A stretch of DNA of 64,000 nucleotides, taken from NCBI GenBank assembly GCA_963780185.1, contig CAWABA010000009.1:128001-192000 (forward strand). The letters run 5' to 3'. Every line of letters begins with the position of its first letter. The stretch's first letter is position 1. Positions 39,870 through 49,320 of the stretch are shown in pieces. The translations under genes were made by a program, and so were the position numbers. This DNA comes from Candidatus Bathyarchaeota archaeon. GTDB taxonomy: Archaea > Thermoproteota > Bathyarchaeia > Bathyarchaeales > Bathycorpusculaceae. Under the pieces are notes generated by a model. The model did no database searches. It worked only from the letters and a program-made list of their open reading frames with translations, and was not told the DNA's origin.

Positions 39870-40304
39870 TTAACAGAGTGGGAAGCGATTAATTTCTCTT
39901 ACAACGTCAAAATCTTGGTCGTCGCTAATTATCGTGTTTAGTTTCTTATCAATCGCTGAAGCGACATGGATGGCGTCGCGTGGTTTCAAATCATAGCGGT
40001 TCATTACCGCTTGCGCTTGACTGAGGATGTTTTCGTCAACACTTATTAATTGTAGATTTACGAAACCAAGCAGCTTTTGACCCTCGTTAACGCTTTCACT
40101 CTTGCCCAGCGTCTTTCTTACTGCCCAGACCACTTCATCCCAAGTTAGCGTCGACGTAAACGCCGCAAACTCGGCCTTCGCTATACCCTTCAAGATTTCT
40201 GAAGCGTTTTTTACTCGAATGTCTACTTCTTCAGCGTATAATATTGGGTAAATGAAAACATTTGAGTCAATGTATGCGGGTTCGTTCTTCCACTTCATTT
40301 TCAA
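39870..40304 (-). CDS. VapC/PIN-domain toxin
   Basis: YIDSNVFIY, TWDEV, PRDAIHVASA, IISDDQDFD. Confidence 0.9.
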   Translation of the reverse strand: MKMKWKNEPAYIDSNVFIYPILYAEEVDIRVKNASEILKGIAKAEFAAFTSTLTWDEVVWAVRKTLGKSESVNEGQKLLGFVNLQLISVDENILSQAQAVMNRYDLKPRDAIHVASAIDKKLNTIISDDQDFDVVREINRFPLC

Positions 40305-40518
40305 TTAACTCTTTAATGTTTATCCATTTCTTCAATTTTGGGGATGATGTTTGAGTGAAGTATTCCGCGTAACTTCCGTTAATTTGAGGTTTTTTTATGA
40401 CTATTTCTTGGTCGCGCATCTCGAGGGTAATTTCGACACCTGGCTTTAAACCCAGGGCATCTCTCATCTGTTTGGGGATTACAACCTGTCCTTTTGGTCC
40501 AACATTTCTTTTGGGCGT
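40267..40518 (-). CDS. AbrB/MazE/SpoVT antitoxin
   Basis: In-frame extension (T)PKRNVGPKGQVVIPKQMRDALGLKPG; the codon at the expected start is ACG after GGTGA. Confidence 0.85.
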   Translation of the reverse strand, partial: TPKRNVGPKGQVVIPKQMRDALGLKPGVEITLEMRDQEIVIKKPQINGSYAEYFTQTSSPKLKKWINIKELIENEVEERTRIH

Positions 40519-40673
40519 ACTATCACCGACATATCAATTGGTTCCACCAAGATTTATACTTTCCAACTAATGAGTTATACTTTTCATTCTGGTATGCCTT
40601 GCGGACAAGAGACTACTGGGACAAAAACAAGTAACTCGGTCATTTCGTTGTTTGTTAGCGGTTTTCTGGTGCC

Positions 40674-41480
40674 TCAATGGTGCCGCAACAGAAAATTTTG
40701 CCTTTTAATGATAAACAATAGGGCAATAATTACAGCCAACAAGCTTGCAATCACTATTAGAGCTATAGAGCTCATGATTAGCCAAAGGGAAGTGGACGGA
40801 GAACCGCTGGAACCGCCAGCAGTTGAAGTTGGCTTGGATGTGGACGTTTGCGTTGGAGCTGGAGACTGTGTGGACGTTTGAGAGGATGAGGGCGTTGATG
40901 TGTAGCTTAACGGAGTGATTACGTCTATGACAGTTACTGTTTGATTTCGGCTCCATGCGCTTGCTTGACCGGAGAAAGCAGAAGGTATGGGTGGAAAATT
41001 ATGACCCCACGATATGACCCCTATCATTGCTTCAACTTGGATGTTCACTGTTCGGTTGAGAAAAGTTGACATGCTGTAGATTGGAAGGGTAATATTTGTG
41101 TAGCTGCCACTTGAAGCAGTCGGGTATGTACCGGCATCGAACAATTCGGTCCAACCCCAACTAGACTGGTCGACGGTTATTCGTACGTTGTACAAGAGGC
41201 TTCCCGAATTAGCAGGAACATTCTGATTTACAACAACCAAGGTAATAGTGTTGTACCACTCATTCTGGCCAAGTTGAGCCACAATTTGTCCTGTCAGGGG
41301 GTCTAACGAATATGTGGTTGGCACATCGCTATGCGCAATCCCCATTACAACGGTGAATTGTGGGACAGACGGTGTAGGTGTCGTCTGTGCGTATGCAAAT
41401 CTAACGACCAATGGACTCAAGCTTGAAATAGCGATAGTGAGAGTAAGAATCAATGCCACGCTTCTGCAGAGTTTACCCAT
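40674..41480 (-). CDS. Secreted/membrane-anchored surface protein
   Basis: Signal peptide, PTPSVPQFT, ST-rich linker, C-terminal TM. Confidence 0.75.
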   Translation of the reverse strand: MGKLCRSVALILTLTIAISSLSPLVVRFAYAQTTPTPSVPQFTVVMGIAHSDVPTTYSLDPLTGQIVAQLGQNEWYNTITLVVVNQNVPANSGSLLYNVRITVDQSSWGWTELFDAGTYPTASSGSYTNITLPIYSMSTFLNRTVNIQVEAMIGVISWGHNFPPIPSAFSGQASAWSRNQTVTVIDVITPLSYTSTPSSSQTSTQSPAPTQTSTSKPTSTAGGSSGSPSTSLWLIMSSIALIVIASLLAVIIALLFIIKRQNFLLRHH

Positions 41481-41634
41481 ACTTAGCCATTAGCGACCAA
41501 AGACGATAAAAGGCTATTCGTAAAGGTTCCTTGACTAAGCAGGTCAAGGTTTCTTGACTGTTCCTTCTCGTCGTCAAAAAAGGATGCGATAAGGATTTTA
41601 ACCCTGCCTAAACCTATGTTTTAGGAAAATTCCG

Positions 41635-42354
41635 ATGACCCTCAAAGCTGTCTTGTTTGACATGTTCGATACGTTGATGATGATTAGGAAAAACAACGAT
41701 TTCGCAAGCCCCTCCATGCTGCATATGTACCAGTTCCTGGTCAAAAACGGGGTAGATGTTCCGTTGGAGCGGTTTCAAGCGGCGTACAGCAAAGCCCGCG
41801 ATGTGCTTTACGCGAAGGCTGACCCCAAGCTGGAGGAGCCTCATTTTAACGTTCGAATCGCGTTGGCTCTGAAGATGCTGAGCTACAGCTACGACGCCTA
41901 CAGCCCTCTCGTCGTGTCTGCCAGCGCCGTTTTCTGTGAAGAATTCATGAACCACGTCTACTTGGACGGCGACGCTGAAGCCGTGCTGCGTAGCCTGCAT
42001 GGCAAGTACAAGCTGGGTATTGTTTCGAATTATGCTATTCCCGAATGCGTCTTCGAACTGCTCAAAACACACGGCTTAGACGCCCTGTTTGACGCGGTTG
42101 TGGTGTCGGGAGCGGTTAACAAACGCAAGCCCAGCCCAGAAATCTTCAACCGAACCCTGAAAGCCATGGGCATTTCAGCGGCTGAAGCGGTTTTTGTCGG
42201 CGACACCTTGGATGCAGACGTTGAAGGCCCCAAATCAGTCGGCATGAAAACAATCTACATCAAAAGACGCGAGGAAAAGCCGATTAAAAACGTCAAGCCA
42301 GACGTAACCATAACCAGCTTAACTGAACTTCCATTGCTTCTTCAGCAGTTATAA
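41635..42354 (+). CDS. HAD-superfamily hydrolase
   Basis: FDMFDTL, IVSN, RKPSPEIF, FVGDTLDADVEG. Confidence 0.92.
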   Translation: MTLKAVLFDMFDTLMMIRKNNDFASPSMLHMYQFLVKNGVDVPLERFQAAYSKARDVLYAKADPKLEEPHFNVRIALALKMLSYSYDAYSPLVVSASAVFCEEFMNHVYLDGDAEAVLRSLHGKYKLGIVSNYAIPECVFELLKTHGLDALFDAVVVSGAVNKRKPSPEIFNRTLKAMGISAAEAVFVGDTLDADVEGPKSVGMKTIYIKRREEKPIKNVKPDVTITSLTELPLLLQQL

Positions 42355-42389
42355 AAAGTGGAAGCAAAGAAGGGCTCAAACATCTGCCG

Positions 42390-44006
42390 TTACGACCCAT
42401 TCTGGTTCACATGAAATCCGAAGTTTGTGGCGAGTTGTCTTCTAAATTTTTCTGCAAATGCCTCGTAATCCAGCTGGGTTGCAACTGCAGGCGCTGCAAT
42501 CGCCGCGATTCTGTCGAGGTCCATGTGTTTTTCTGCCATTTCGATGGCTTTGGCGCCGAATTCTTCGTAACGGATTTCCACTTCGGGGATGCTGCCTCGC
42601 CCTACAACGTCAATGCGGGGCACGAGGCCTAATAGTTCGATGCCTGCGCTTTGGAAAGACTGATTCAGCAGCTTTTTCGTTTCTCCAGTAAGGTAGGCTA
42701 AGAACGCCTTGTTGAGTATGACACCTGCAACTTTGACTCCGAGGCTATGCATGAGGTTAACGTATCCCAGCGCGTTTACCATGGCGCCTTCTATGCCCTC
42801 GTTGTCGCAGGCAACCACCACAACCGTGGGAGCACCCAGCATCGCTGCAACTTCAGCCGTGGAGCTAGGCCCCTCAACCTTATCCATAAGCAACCCCGTA
42901 AACGCGCTCATGGCACCTTCCACCAAAACCAAATCGTAGTCTTTGCTGGCTTGCTCGACAACGCCGAACAATTCTTTCCAGCCGCTTTCACAAATCCTAA
43001 TCGACGAGTACTCCTGCATGGGTTCTTTGGTAAGGTACAGTGCGGGCACGATGTCTCGGATGTCTCCGCCGACTTTGACGACGCCGACGTTTACGCCGCG
43101 TTTTCTTAGGGCGCCAGCTATGCCCGTGACGACGAAGGTTTTCCCTGAACCGCTTCCCAGCGCCGTAACCACAAGCATCGAGGCGGTCTTCGCCTTTTTT
43201 GCGGCGGCTTTTTTTGCCCAGACATTGGTTCCGACGCCTACCTCGCCCCTGATGTTTTCAAGCAGCTTCGCGTTTGCCACATGTATTTGGGTAAGTTGGG
43301 TTGGGGTTATGTTGAGCGATTTTGAAATGCCTTCTATGATGAGCGGGTTTCGGTCAAGCAAAGCGTGCAGTGTTATGCCTACGACGTTGCCTTCTTTGTT
43401 GGCGACGCCTGAGACAAGGTCCTGCTCATGCTTGAAGTAGTTCAGATGCTTCACATGCGAGACAAGGATAGGTTTCGCCGCTTTATGCAGATGCAGGTCC
43501 CCATAGGTGTGGCAGTGAAACCCCGTAACTTCCCTGCCTAACTCATCCGTCAACATGCTTTCTCCAACAACCGTGGCGGCTACTTGGTTGGTGCAGATAA
43601 GCGGCGTGAACTCCGCGTCTAAGAGCCCTAAACCTTCCCGCATAATCGGTGCAGCAGAGAGGCGCCCAATGTCGGTTCCCCTCGACAGGACCTGAAAACC
43701 CGAGCAGATGCCCAACACGAATTTTCCTCTGTCAGCCATCTTGAGGATTTGCTGCGTTATCGGAGTTTTTAGAGTTCGGGATTCGACGAGGCTTCCGCCT
43801 GGGATAATTATCATGTCCAGAACCTCAGAAGCGGCTCTGCCGTCTACAAGCCCGTTTTCCCTGACCAGGTCAGTAGGCAAGCCTCCGAACGCTTCGAAAC
43901 AAGGCAACGCTCCTGGCAAATAGATTAACCCGATTCTGCGGCTTTGGTTTATGTTTGTCCCTCGTTTTCGTTTATTGCGGTACGCATTATATAAGTTGGG
44001 TGGCAA
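42390..44006 (-). CDS. CobB/CobQ-related amidase: N-terminal glutamine amidotransferase plus C-terminal CbiA-like P-loop domain (real start probably ~43952)
   Basis: IIPGGSLVES, LGICSGFQ, GFHCHTYG; GSGSGKTF, KVGGDIRD, LVEGAM, GVILNK. Confidence 0.8.
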   Translation of the reverse strand: MPPNLYNAYRNKRKRGTNINQSRRIGLIYLPGALPCFEAFGGLPTDLVRENGLVDGRAASEVLDMIIIPGGSLVESRTLKTPITQQILKMADRGKFVLGICSGFQVLSRGTDIGRLSAAPIMREGLGLLDAEFTPLICTNQVAATVVGESMLTDELGREVTGFHCHTYGDLHLHKAAKPILVSHVKHLNYFKHEQDLVSGVANKEGNVVGITLHALLDRNPLIIEGISKSLNITPTQLTQIHVANAKLLENIRGEVGVGTNVWAKKAAAKKAKTASMLVVTALGSGSGKTFVVTGIAGALRKRGVNVGVVKVGGDIRDIVPALYLTKEPMQEYSSIRICESGWKELFGVVEQASKDYDLVLVEGAMSAFTGLLMDKVEGPSSTAEVAAMLGAPTVVVVACDNEGIEGAMVNALGYVNLMHSLGVKVAGVILNKAFLAYLTGETKKLLNQSFQSAGIELLGLVPRIDVVGRGSIPEVEIRYEEFGAKAIEMAEKHMDLDRIAAIAAPAVATQLDYEAFAEKFRRQLATNFGFHVNQNGS

Positions 44007-44159
44007 ATCACGCTCCCTATAGGGAACTTACTATAAAATCTAGGTTGTTAAGGTTCTTAGGGTTCTTAACGATTAAATAGTTTTTTTTGGTTCATTTTCA
44101 TTTATCCTTATCTGTAACGAGACACAAGGCAAATGTAAGCGTATCTGTAATTGTGACGC

Positions 44160-44327
44160 ATGCGAAACAAAATCTTGACGGACAGAGAAAAGAAAATGCT
44201 TGTACAGTTTCTTGATAACAACGAAACCTCAGAGACTTTCCGAATGCTAAAAATGCGAATAAAGAAGGCTTATCCCAAATTAATGGAAGACTATGAACTA
44301 ATCAAGAAAAGCGTTGAAAAGTTTTAG
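44160..44327 (+). CDS. Small helical protein (55 aa)
   Basis: Hand translation: MRNKILTDREKKMLVQFLDNNETSETFRMLKMRIKKAYPKLMEDYELIKKSVEKF. Confidence 0.6.
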   Translation: MRNKILTDREKKMLVQFLDNNETSETFRMLKMRIKKAYPKLMEDYELIKKSVEKF

Positions 44328-44405
44328 TGAGCTATTCCTCGAATTAAACGACTGATTAAAAATAACCAAACTGCCAAAAAGTCAAAAAAAATGGGCTGCT
44401 ATGTT

Positions 44406-44534
44406 CTAATCAGAATATAAATCAATATTCTTGCATTTTGGGCATTGATAAATGGCTAAATGTGGTTCAGGTGCGTTGACGGCTCCTTTTCGCTCCATTT
44501 CAGCACCGCATTTTGCGCATCTCGTCATAGTCAT
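44406..44534 (-). CDS. Zn-ribbon microprotein (42 aa)
   Basis: Hand translation: MTMTRCAKCGAEMERKGAVNAPEPHLAIYQCPKCKNIDLYSD. Confidence 0.6.
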   Translation of the reverse strand: MTMTRCAKCGAEMERKGAVNAPEPHLAIYQCPKCKNIDLYSD

Positions 44535-44840
44535 CAGTTTTCACCAACTATCTATTCTATCCTTTGCAGATTTAAGATTTGCTAAGGGCTAAAAAAAGGG
44601 GGTTCCCTATCTGAAAAAGTATAATAATAAAGGCAATATTCACAGAGAGAGCACATAACACAAACTGTAAGCTCTAAGCATACAACAACCTAATGATGCG
44701 TAACCCCCCCTAATACAGCATAATACCTACGTGGCTTGTTATCTTCTATCTTATTGGTTGGTTGGTTAATCGATTGATTAAAAAAGAACAATAGTTAATC
44801 AGTTGATTAAGACTTTGCCAAACTGCTAAAAAAGAAGAGT

Positions 44841-45308
44841 TTAGAGTGTAGCTTTTTTCTTACATTCAGGGCAATAGTTTGTTGTGAGTTTTGGGTCATG
44901 AGAAACTTTTTCAGGGTCGAACCACTTCTTACATCCCATGCATTGTTTATATTCTAACTTTCCAAGAATGCTCACGGCTAATAGTGTATCAGCTTGCGTT
45001 AATGGTGGGGAAATTGAGCCTTGAAGGTTTTCTGATAGAGAATCAAGAATCACCTCAATTTCTTCGTAGTCTTCGGGAATTTCAGATTTTGTCCACGGAA
45101 TAGGGGGTACTAAGTTCGGCAACGGGGAGCGCAAGTGTTTCCCGTGGCGTTCCGCATAATCTTTGAGAAATTCGAATTCTTCGCTTGTTCCATCTTTAAG
45201 TTTTTCTTGAAGATATAGAAATATACCTTCGAGATAGGTTTTTTTGGCTTGTCGGGTTGTTTCTTCATATTTTTCTTTCAAATCGTTAAACCATTTCGTT
45301 TCAATCAC
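44841..45308 (-). CDS. Hypothetical protein with a C-terminal Zn finger
   Basis: CMGC...YCPEC; 155 aa. Confidence 0.6.
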   Translation of the reverse strand: MIETKWFNDLKEKYEETTRQAKKTYLEGIFLYLQEKLKDGTSEEFEFLKDYAERHGKHLRSPLPNLVPPIPWTKSEIPEDYEEIEVILDSLSENLQGSISPPLTQADTLLAVSILGKLEYKQCMGCKKWFDPEKVSHDPKLTTNYCPECKKKATL

Positions 45309-45312
45309 CTAC

Positions 45313-46443
45313 CTATGGCGCTGTTGCCGTAATACTAAGGATTTGGTTTGTACTTGTAGTTACCGTTATAGTATAAGATTCTCCACTTTGCCAATTATAA
45401 GATAAATACTGTACGTTTCCTGATTGACCTGAAAGAGAAGTATAACAATTAACCCCATTAACAGTAACATCAATAATATTAGGACAACTGTTAACCATCA
45501 CGTTGAAAGTTAATAGAATAACTTTGCTTGACGACTCTTGAGAAAAACTTACACTTAGAGGTGGTGTCGGAGTTGGTGAAGGACTTGGTTGTGGTGTAGG
45601 TGTCCATAATGGTGAGGTTGCTGTGTATGTGCAATTTCCGACATATTCCATTAGAACATTATCGGTAAATGTTGAAACTATATCTTGTTTATACATTAAT
45701 TGAATAGTGTAGCTTGTGCCGTTAATCCAATTGAAATAGCAACCCGTATAAGGTAAACCATTTTCATCGCCTAATTGCATTTGTACGCCGTTAATGGTAA
45801 GTGAAGTTATGTAGTAAGTGTTATCAAGATTAGTTGTTATGTCAATATAGTTTCGCGGGTTTGGGACATCTGAATTGTCTTTAACGAATGTTACGTTTAA
45901 TATTTGTCCGTAAGTTGTAACTTGTGGTGCTGGTGTTGCGGTTGGAGCGGTTGCCGTGACGCTCATAAAATAAATCGTTTGTTGTGTTGGAGTTGCCGTT
46001 GTTGTTAGTGTTTGCCCCTCATTAAATGTTAAAGTTATAGTGTAGCTTTGGTTTAATTGCCATGTACAACCTAAAGTTATATCGCATGTATCATAAGTTT
46101 CGCCGCTATACCAGATATTCTGATTATAAGATGTTCCGTTTATTAAAACGGAAACGACTGAGTTTGAATAATCTGTTGAGGTAAAGCTAACTACGATATT
46201 TTCTTCAAGATATGTGTTCGTTCCGTCAGCAGAAGAAATGTTATTACCATATGTGAAGCCTATTTTAGTTATCTGTATTTGTGCTCTTGGTCTTGGTGTT
46301 GCCGTTGGGGTTGGTGTTGGGTTTAACTGAGCGTTTAATTGGCTTGTTTGTTGAGTGGTATTTAGGTTCAGGCCAATTGCAACAGCAGAAACGATTATTG
46401 CAATGATTGAAACTAAACTGATTATTTTTGTTATCGTATTCAT
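45313..46443 (-). CDS. N-terminally anchored surface protein with three beta-rich repeats joined by PT linkers
   Basis: Repeats share xTING/VNG...W..xxSYTIxL/V...TATxP. Confidence 0.75.
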   Translation of the reverse strand: MNTITKIISLVSIIAIIVSAVAIGLNLNTTQQTSQLNAQLNPTPTPTATPRPRAQIQITKIGFTYGNNISSADGTNTYLEENIVVSFTSTDYSNSVVSVLINGTSYNQNIWYSGETYDTCDITLGCTWQLNQSYTITLTFNEGQTLTTTATPTQQTIYFMSVTATAPTATPAPQVTTYGQILNVTFVKDNSDVPNPRNYIDITTNLDNTYYITSLTINGVQMQLGDENGLPYTGCYFNWINGTSYTIQLMYKQDIVSTFTDNVLMEYVGNCTYTATSPLWTPTPQPSPSPTPTPPLSVSFSQESSSKVILLTFNVMVNSCPNIIDVTVNGVNCYTSLSGQSGNVQYLSYNWQSGESYTITVTTSTNQILSITATAP

Positions 46444-47120
46444 ATTTGTTTACCGTTTATTCCAAGTAACATACTTAAAAAAGCATAATACGCTTTATGA
46501 ATCCTGAATCCACCGAATTCAAAGTTCCTCATACTTAATCAACGTAATAAGCTATAGAACTAACTCCCGTGCTTTGACCCCATATACGGCTCCATGCCCT
46601 AAATGCTAATGGTAAATTGTTTCTGTTGAAAAATGAAGAAACAACTTTTAAATGGTCCTGAATCCTTTATGTGTACCCGTGCTTTCCATGCTTTCTTTAT
46701 AGGCTCTCCATTTATCCTCAAAAAGCATCTTTCCGTTATGTCCGTGCTTGTTAAGTCATGCATTCTTTTGTTGATTTGCTCAGAGGGCTTAAACCTATAA
46801 AAGTCATCCAGTCTTCCCAAAGAGACGGATAACCCTTTTTTGTTTTTTGGCGAGACCAGTATGCCAGCGTTTAACGTATATGTCGTTTTTGTCCAGCGTC
46901 ATTTAAGCCACATCTTCTATAGTGTGTAAATTCACTAACCTAAAGCTTGCGATTAAATAGTAAAAACGCCCTGTAGGTTTAATGCTATAAAATAGGCAGT
47001 TCCCTATAGGCATCAATATTTTGCTTATCACCCACCTGGTGCCGTGTTCCAGATTTGGAACAGTTTGTTCCTTGGATAGAACTAAATATCATATAACCCT
47101 CACAGTCGAATGGCGATTAG

Positions 47121-48131
47121 ATGGGTAAATGGCTTGAAAAATATGCGGGTTCCCTGAGGTTTTGGGTTCTAATTGTTGCTTGCGTCTATTTCGGGTACAG
47201 CGTTTACTTTGCTTGGGCTGGGTTACGCGACAGCTTAGGCATGCTTACTAACTCGTACATTTACAGTTCTCTTAGGCAGGGTCCATGGTGGTGGCTTGTC
47301 TCCTTCTACAGCAGCGAAGGCGTCTCGGGCTCGGTTGCAATTGTGAGCCGCGCCGTTGCGGGGGTCTTTGCGGTTTGGGCAGGCTACCTTTTTTGGCGAA
47401 AAACCGACAGCGTCAAGCTCAGCCTACGTCAAAGCACATGCATGGCGATGCTCTTCGAAGCGATCTTTCTATTGGCATTCGTCCCCTCTATCTTAACCGC
47501 CATCGTCTACAATTCGACGAGTCAGCAACTATTCTACTTCGGGCATACCCCAAACATCCTCATCGTCTTAGGTACGCTAGTCCCGCTTACGGGGTTTGTC
47601 GTTGTCTGCACGCCGCCGCTGCTTAAGCTCAGATCAGCCGTCAAAAACTACGCCCCCAAAGAAGAGGTCATGAAGTGGGCGTGCCTCACAGGCGTAGGTT
47701 ACCTCTTCGCGATGTTCTGGTTCAACTACACCATGCTGTGGGCTGGAGAAGCGGTGCCGTACACGAGGGTTTACGAGCAGTGGGGATGGAGCTTTGTGCT
47801 GGAACCCGCCAACTTCGCCAGTTTCCTGCTCACCGTGGGAGGCTTGTTCGCTTTGGCTGCGGCGGCTTTGGCTGTGACTTACCCTGCGATCAAGAAGCGG
47901 GTTGAGTTGCCGAATTTGACTTGGGTCGGCGTCTTCATGGTTGCTCTTGGCGGCTACTTCGTCTTCAACCTGTTCTACTACTACCTCACAGGCGCCTACC
48001 CAGCCCACCCCAGCGTCTGGTACGAAGTCATAGGTCCACTGCATAACCCGAACCTGTGGGCAATAGCTTTGCTGTTCCTCGGTGCACCCTTGATTGCCTA
48101 CGGAAAAATCAAAAAAGACGGCGAAACATAA
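47121..48131 (+). CDS. Multi-pass membrane protein
   Basis: About 8 TM helices, 336 aa. Confidence 0.75.
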   Translation: MGKWLEKYAGSLRFWVLIVACVYFGYSVYFAWAGLRDSLGMLTNSYIYSSLRQGPWWWLVSFYSSEGVSGSVAIVSRAVAGVFAVWAGYLFWRKTDSVKLSLRQSTCMAMLFEAIFLLAFVPSILTAIVYNSTSQQLFYFGHTPNILIVLGTLVPLTGFVVVCTPPLLKLRSAVKNYAPKEEVMKWACLTGVGYLFAMFWFNYTMLWAGEAVPYTRVYEQWGWSFVLEPANFASFLLTVGGLFALAAAALAVTYPAIKKRVELPNLTWVGVFMVALGGYFVFNLFYYYLTGAYPAHPSVWYEVIGPLHNPNLWAIALLFLGAPLIAYGKIKKDGET

Positions 48132-48186
48132 ACAAAATATTTTTTTTTAAAAAAGTTGGTTAATAAAAGAAAGAGGGGTTAAGCTC

Positions 48187-48414
48187 TTATTGGTAGGGTT
48201 CTTTTTTGCCAGTCATGTATGCCCAAGCGCCAACTAGCACAACTGTTAGGCATGCACCCGCAAAACCTGAAATCAAGTAGGTTGATGCGCCAGCCAATGA
48301 CGGCAGAACATTGATGACCCATGGAATGAAGAAGCTCGCGGTGAGTTGGGCTATGATGCCTGCTACGAAGCCTAAAAGAGCTATTAATCCGAATATTTTC
48401 AATCTGCTATTCAT
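48187..48414 (-). CDS. Small two-TM membrane protein
   Basis: 75 aa, divergent from the cdv operon. Confidence 0.65.
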   Translation of the reverse strand: MNSRLKIFGLIALLGFVAGIIAQLTASFFIPWVINVLPSLAGASTYLISGFAGACLTVVLVGAWAYMTGKKEPYQ

Positions 48415-48549
48415 TCAATTCACCTTTTTATTTTTACCATTACTTCGCCGAGCTTTTTAGTCTAACTTACACATTTCTGTCTAAACAGAATAGCGCTGAC
48501 ATCATCTTTAACTCTTATACCGCAAGCCCAATGGACTTTTTTTCAGCGT

Positions 48550-48569
48550 GTATATCTGTACATATATAC
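48550..48569. promoter_or_regulatory. Palindromic operator-like site upstream of the cdv operon
   Basis: GTATAT-C-TGTACA-T-ATATAC: 20 bp with 9 of 10 pairs symmetric, ~70 nt before the TTG at 48642. Confidence 0.45.
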
Positions 48570-48641
48570 GTGCATATTCTCGACATATTAACAATGTATA
48601 AGATTGTACTCCGCATTTCTGTCTCTGCAGAGGTAATCAAA

Positions 48642-49301
48642 TTGTCAGAAAACTTCGCAAAAAAGTGGGAAAGCAAGCGGGATGACACTCCATTCCAAAA
48701 CCGCCTTAAAGACGCAGTAAAGCCACCGGGGCCACTAAAGCCACGACTAGACTTTGCAGTCAGACGCATCGATCTTCAAGTCCAGAAGCTTGACCAAGCA
48801 ACTGACAGGTTCAGCCAAAGAGACAAAGCAATTTTCGCAAGAATTGTTGACGCATACGCAAAACATGACAGTGCACGCGCAAATGTCTTCGCAAACGAAC
48901 TAGCTGAAGTACGCAAAATGTCAAAATTAATCATGAACGCTAAACTTGCACTCGAACAGATCACTTTACGTTTACGAACAGTATCCGAGCTAGGCGACGT
49001 AGTTTCAACCTTAGGTCCAGCCGTTGGAGTTCTACGTTCCGTCCGATCAGGCTTAGTAAGCGTGTTCCCAGAAGCAGAAAATGAACTGGGCGAAATCGGC
49101 AACATGCTAAGCGGAATAATGATCGAAGCAGGCCAAGGAAGCGGAATGACACTGAACTTTGACACAGTAAACGAGGATGCATCAAAGATACTCACCGAAG
49201 CCGCAACAGTCGCAGAGCAGAAGATAAAAGACAAGTTCCCAGATCTGCCGCCTGGAATGCCAGCAACCCCACAAACAGAGAAATCCACACAGGGTTTCTA
49301 A
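48642..49301 (+). CDS. ESCRT-III/Snf7 protein (CdvB1/2-like)
   Basis: GAGGT then TTG; ARANVFANELAEVRK...LALEQITLRLRTV.ELGD; C-terminal FPDLPP; no winged helix. Confidence 0.9.
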   Translation: MSENFAKKWESKRDDTPFQNRLKDAVKPPGPLKPRLDFAVRRIDLQVQKLDQATDRFSQRDKAIFARIVDAYAKHDSARANVFANELAEVRKMSKLIMNAKLALEQITLRLRTVSELGDVVSTLGPAVGVLRSVRSGLVSVFPEAENELGEIGNMLSGIMIEAGQGSGMTLNFDTVNEDASKILTEAATVAEQKIKDKFPDLPPGMPATPQTEKSTQGF

Positions 49302-49320
49302 AATAGGAGGATAAAACACA

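Larger units (their letters stand above)
44020..47006. mobile_element. Putative non-autonomous cargo element with 9-bp terminal inverted repeats and flanking TA
   Basis: TA|TAGGGAACT (44020-44028) ... AGTTCCCTA|TA (46998-47006); the interior is visibly more AT-rich than the flanks. Confidence 0.6.

Noticed and set aside
39870-40518. AbrB-VapC pairs (also 59349-59942) as novel systems
   Set aside because: Ordinary, well-described type II toxin-antitoxin modules
48531-48641. N-terminal extension of the first ESCRT-III ORF as given in the track
   Set aside because: The extension reads through AT-rich promoter-like DNA; GAGGT plus TTG at 48642 is the better start
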